Shown here: positions 36,035 to 39,971 of the stretch, in pieces
How the letters are laid out: each line of letters starts with the position of its first letter
Position numbering within the stretch: the first letter of the stretch is position 1
Source of the DNA: a virus
Lineage: Duplodnaviria > Heunggongvirae > Uroviricota > Caudoviricetes
Virus record (IMG/VR): IMGVR_UViG_2718218453_000003
Location: 1-39,971 of that record
Reading direction: 5' to 3' (one strand)
Length of the DNA stretch: 39,971 bases
Position numbers and translations under genes: made by a program
Notes under the pieces: model-generated
Told to the model about the DNA's origin: nothing
Database searches by the model: none
What the model saw: only the letters and a program-made list of their open reading frames with translations

Positions 36035-36634
36035 ATGCGTAAACTTTATGCCGCCATTTTGTCCGCAGCCATTTGTCTGGCCGTATCCGGTGCGCCTGCA
36101 TGGGCGTCTGAACATCAGTCCACGCTGAGCGCGGGGTATCTTCATGCCCGGACGAACGTTCCCGGCAGTGATGATCTGAACGGGATTAACGTGAAATACC
36201 GTTATGAGTTTACGGACACACTGGGGATGGTGACGTCGTTCAGCTATGCAGGAGACAAGAATCGCCAGCTGACCCATTACAGCGATACCCGCTGGCATGA
36301 AGATTCCGTGCGTAACCGCTGGTTCAGCGTGATGGCGGGGCCGTCTGTACGCGTGAATGAATGGTTCAGCGCGTATGCGATGGCAGGCGTGGCTTACAGC
36401 CGTATTTCGACTTTCTCCGGGGATTATCTCCGCGTAACTGACAACAAGGGGAAAACGCACGATGTGCTGACCGGAAGTGATGACGGTCGCCGCAGCAACA
36501 CGTCTCTGGCGTGGGGGGCTGGCGTGCAGTTTAACCCGACCGAATCCGTGGCCATTGATGTCGCTTATGAAGGCTCCGGCAGTGGTGACTGGCGCACTGA
36601 CGGGTTCATCGTGGGTGTCGGTTATAAATTCTGA
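36035..36634 (+). CDS. lom: Lom outer-membrane protein, Ail/Lom family (199 aa)
   Basis: Signal peptide plus beta-barrel-like sequence ending GVGYKF; position after J as in lambda. Confidence 0.9.
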   Translation: MRKLYAAILSAAICLAVSGAPAWASEHQSTLSAGYLHARTNVPGSDDLNGINVKYRYEFTDTLGMVTSFSYAGDKNRQLTHYSDTRWHEDSVRNRWFSVMAGPSVRVNEWFSAYAMAGVAYSRISTFSGDYLRVTDNKGKTHDVLTGSDDGRRSNTSLAWGAGVQFNPTESVAIDVAYEGSGSGDWRTDGFIVGVGYKF

Positions 36635-36660
36635 TTAGCCAGGTAACACAGTGTTATGAC

Positions 36661-36688
36661 AGCCCGCCGGTTCAGGCGGGCTTTTTTG
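36661..36688 (+). terminator. Rho-independent terminator after lom (AGCCCGCC-GGTTCA-GGCGGGCT plus T-run)
   Basis: Hairpin plus TTTTTTG. Confidence 0.65.
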
Positions 36689-36698
36689 TGGGGTGAAT

Positions 36699-39600
36699 AT
36701 GGCAGTAAAGATTTCAGGTGTACTGAAAGACGGCACAGGAAAACCGGTACAGAACTGCACAATCCAGCTGAAAGCAAAACGTAACAGTACCACGGTGGTG
36801 GTGAACACGCTGGCCTCAGAAAATCCGGATGAAGCCGGGCGTTACAGCATGGACGTTGAGTACGGGCAGTACAGCGTTATTCTGTTGGTGGAAGGATTCC
36901 CGCCGTCACATGCCGGGATCATCACCGTGTATGAAGATTCTCAACCCGGTACGCTGAATGATTTTCTCGGTGCCATGACGGAGGATGATGCCCGTCCGGA
37001 GGCACTGCGCCGTTTTGAACTGATGGTGGAAGAGGTGGCGCGTAACGCGTCCGTGGTGGCACAGAACACGGCAGTCGCGAAGAAGTCAGCCGGCGATGCC
37101 GGCACATCTGCCCGTGAGGCGGCAACCCATGCGACTGATGCTGCAGGCTCAGCACGCGCAGCCAGCACGTCAGCCGGACAGGCCGCTTCGTCGGCTCAGT
37201 CAGCGTCTTCCAGCGCAGGAACGGCATCAACAAAGGCTACTGAAGCATCAAAAAGTGCTGCCGCTGCAGAGTCCTCAAAAAGCGCGGCGGCTACCAGTGC
37301 CGGTGCGGCGAAAACGTCAGAAACGAATGCGGCAGCGTCACAAAAATCTGCAGCCACTTCTGCATCCACCGCGACCACGAAAGCGTCAGAAGCTGCCACC
37401 TCAGCCCGGGATGCGGCGGCCTCAAAAGAGGCAGCGAAATCATCAGAAACGAACGCATCATTAAGTGCCAGTAGTGCAGCTTCCTCGGCAACGGCGGCAG
37501 GAAATTCCGCGAAGGCCGCAAAAACGTCTGAGACGAATGCGGATAACAGCGCACAGGCGGCAGCAGACTCACAAACTGCATCGGCAAACTCCGCGACAGC
37601 AGCCAAAAAATCAGAAACCAACGCGAAAAATAGCGAGGCAGCAGCAAAGAGCAGCGAAACCAACGCTAAAGCCAGCGAAACTAATGCTAAATCCAGTGAA
37701 ACAAACGCGGCGAAATCTGCAGCGGACGCACTTAATTATCGCAACCAGGCGCAAGTAATTGTTGGCGATAATATCGGTCTTGGCTCAGCCCCGCGTGATT
37801 GTCCTGATATTTCCGGCAACCCATCAGGGTATATCGGATTTATGCGCATTATGAGTAATGCAAAAGGCTTTCCATCGATTGTATCCGGTGAAAGCAGTCT
37901 TACGGGGTTTATTAGTCAGGTAGATGGAACACCAGCGTATACAGGTGTATTTCAGGGATGGGCTACGCGCTCGCTTTATACTTATCGCTGGAATCCGACA
38001 ATAGGCCCGCAATGGACACGCCACGCTCGCAAAAATGAAGTGGACCGTCTTGACCAATGGAATAGCGAAACATGGTTATATAACCATGATAAATCCATGC
38101 GCCTGGGGTTAACCGGATCAACATGGGGGTGTTACAGCGACACACAAAAAAAATGGATACCGCTTGATGTTTCTCATGGTGGTACTGGTGCGGCAACTAT
38201 TGATGGTGCTAGAACAAATTTTGGCTTAGGTAGGAACAACAGCCCTCAACTTAACAGTCTATTTCTTGATAGATATAGTGATTCGACCAATACATACACA
38301 TCTAGTGGAATTCTCCATACAAGACTGTTAGCAACTGACAGCACTGTGCGTCTTGGTGCTGATATGTATGTTGAAACTTTATCAAATGAGCTAGGTCAAT
38401 TAACAATAAGGTTTACATACGATGGTTCAACTGGTGCTTCAAAATATCTAAACCTTAACTCAGAAGGTAATTTAATTGTAGATAGTGCGATACTGAAATC
38501 AACGGTTGAAAAACCTTTACAAATAAGGAGCGCTAACCCAGCAATAAGATTTAATGAAACAGATCGCCCGGCTAACACGCCTACTTATACTCTCATTGCT
38601 AATGCTGGCGACTGGTTTATTCAGAAACGCGATTATGATGATGCCGGAAGCGTTAGTAACGCAATTGCATATAATTTCGCAAACGACAGAATTGATGTGC
38701 AAAATCTTAAAGCGTCTGGGTTAATTACAGCTAACTCAGGAATCGCAACATTAACAGGTCATGACTGGAACGCTCAGCATACTGATAACGTCGACAAATT
38801 TAGACCAATCGCAGGCAGTACAAACGGCCCGGCAGGCTCTATGGTTCTTGGCGGCATTCATGTTCAATTTAGTAAAAATTATGCTGTGCAGTTCGGAGGC
38901 CGCAATTCCGGTTTTTGGGGAAGAACAATTGAAAATGGAACGACGCAGGAATGGAAGAAATTACTAACAGTAGACGATCTCAATTCATCTACCGATCTTG
39001 CTGTCAGGTCATTAACCACATCTAACCCGATAAAATCTGGCGGAGGGCGGATTGATGTCCTTGGAAGCACGTCAGACTATAGCAAAATGGATTGCTTTGT
39101 ACGTGGGTTTGATAGCACCGGTAATTCTCTCGCGTGGGCGTTGGGTTCATCAGTCGGCGTAAGTAAGATGCTGTCGCTAAAAAATTTCTTTAGCGGAGCT
39201 GAGATACTGTTAAATGGTAATGACGGCGCGGTTCAACTCAAAACAGGTGCTGTTAACGGGGCTACAGCGCAGGCGCTCACTATCAACAGGAATGAGGTTA
39301 ACTCAACTGTTGATTTAACCCTTACAAAACAATCAGGGACTGGCAATCGTTTTGTTTTACAGAACTCAGGTAATGCAGAACTACCGTTTTCTGTCAGGGT
39401 GTGGGGTTCCAGTACTCGACAAAACGTTTTTGAGGTTGGAACGTCTGCTGCGTATCTGTTTTATGCGCAAAAAACGTCAGCAGGCCAGTTGTTTGATGTA
39501 AATGGCGCTATTAATTGCACAACGCTGAATCAGTCATCAGACCGCGACCTTAAAGACGATATTCTCGTTATCAGCGACGCGACGAAAGCAATCCGTAAAA

Positions 39601-39971
39601 TGAACGGATACACCTACACGCTCAGGGAAAACGGGATGCCTTATGCTGGCGTTATTGCACAGGAAGTAATGGAGGCGATACCAGAAGCTGTGGGATCGTT
39701 TACTCATTATGGTGAAGAGTTGCAAGGTCCGACCGTTGACGGCAACGAGCTACGCGAAGAAACTCGCTATCTTAATGTTGACTACGCCGCCGTGACGGGT
39801 TTACTTGTTCAGGTCGCCCGTGAAACAGATGATCGCGTTACCGCGCTGGAAGAGGAAAACACAACGCTACGTCAAAATCTGGCAACAGCACGCACCCGGA
39901 TCAGCACTCTGGAAAATCAGGTAAGCGAACTGGTTGCACTTGTCCGGCAGTTAACAGGAAGCGAACATTGA
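36699..39971 (+). CDS. stf: Side tail fibre protein Stf (about 1090 aa) with lambda-Stf-like N-terminus, Ala/Ser-rich repeat region and C-terminal S74-type intramolecular chaperone domain
   Basis: N-terminus MAVKISGVLKDGTGKPVQNCTIQLKA matches recalled lambda Stf; C-terminal SDRDLKDDI...coiled-coil resembles self-cleaving chaperone domain. Confidence 0.9.
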   Translation: MAVKISGVLKDGTGKPVQNCTIQLKAKRNSTTVVVNTLASENPDEAGRYSMDVEYGQYSVILLVEGFPPSHAGIITVYEDSQPGTLNDFLGAMTEDDARPEALRRFELMVEEVARNASVVAQNTAVAKKSAGDAGTSAREAATHATDAAGSARAASTSAGQAASSAQSASSSAGTASTKATEASKSAAAAESSKSAAATSAGAAKTSETNAAASQKSAATSASTATTKASEAATSARDAAASKEAAKSSETNASLSASSAASSATAAGNSAKAAKTSETNADNSAQAAADSQTASANSATAAKKSETNAKNSEAAAKSSETNAKASETNAKSSETNAAKSAADALNYRNQAQVIVGDNIGLGSAPRDCPDISGNPSGYIGFMRIMSNAKGFPSIVSGESSLTGFISQVDGTPAYTGVFQGWATRSLYTYRWNPTIGPQWTRHARKNEVDRLDQWNSETWLYNHDKSMRLGLTGSTWGCYSDTQKKWIPLDVSHGGTGAATIDGARTNFGLGRNNSPQLNSLFLDRYSDSTNTYTSSGILHTRLLATDSTVRLGADMYVETLSNELGQLTIRFTYDGSTGASKYLNLNSEGNLIVDSAILKSTVEKPLQIRSANPAIRFNETDRPANTPTYTLIANAGDWFIQKRDYDDAGSVSNAIAYNFANDRIDVQNLKASGLITANSGIATLTGHDWNAQHTDNVDKFRPIAGSTNGPAGSMVLGGIHVQFSKNYAVQFGGRNSGFWGRTIENGTTQEWKKLLTVDDLNSSTDLAVRSLTTSNPIKSGGGRIDVLGSTSDYSKMDCFVRGFDSTGNSLAWALGSSVGVSKMLSLKNFFSGAEILLNGNDGAVQLKTGAVNGATAQALTINRNEVNSTVDLTLTKQSGTGNRFVLQNSGNAELPFSVRVWGSSTRQNVFEVGTSAAYLFYAQKTSAGQLFDVNGAINCTTLNQSSDRDLKDDILVISDATKAIRKMNGYTYTLRENGMPYAGVIAQEVMEAIPEAVGSFTHYGEELQGPTVDGNELREETRYLNVDYAAVTGLLVQVARETDDRVTALEEENTTLRQNLATARTRISTLENQVSELVALVRQLTGSEH
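37300..37720 (+). repeat. In-frame degenerate tandem repeats encoding AK(S/T)SETNA units within stf
   Basis: Repeated gcgaaa...tcagaaacgaatgc motifs at about 37310, 37435, 37510, 37610-37715. Confidence 0.5.

Noticed and set aside
37300-37720. CRISPR-like or minisatellite array
   Set aside because: The repeats are in-frame coding repeats of the tail fibre, degenerate and without spacer-repeat architecture; no cas genes anywhere in the window.
36922-37758. Overlapping alternative-frame ORFs (97-155 aa, Arg/Pro/Gln-rich or Ala-rich) in the stf repeat region
   Set aside because: Artefacts of the repetitive GC-rich coding repeats of stf; wrong frame or antisense.

Overview
This window holds the host flank (mtfA, tRNA-Ser serU) followed by the left end and most of an apparently intact lambdoid prophage integrated at serU. 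All calls are from reading the sequence and recalled protein families; no searches were run. Order: integrase and excisionase-like gene; a RecE-like exonuclease; a leftward early operon matching the Qin dicB operon (ydfA, ydfB, ydfC, DicF sRNA, dicB, ydfD); CI-like repressor with divergent Cro-like and YdaT-like genes; an O-like replication initiator with internal iteron arrays; a hok/mok type I toxin locus; DUF968, RusA and Q antiterminator; late promoter, terminator and two tRNAs; an AT-rich island of unassigned ORFs; a phage-21-type lysis cassette interrupted by an extra ORF; bor; an HK97-like packaging and head module; and a lambda-like tail module (G/GT frameshift, tape measure, M, L, K, I, J, lom, stf). 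The best candidates for undescribed cargo are the island at 13500-14990 and the ORF wedged between holin and endolysin at 15718-16068; neither could be assigned a function from sequence alone. No CRISPR array or insertion sequence was seen.
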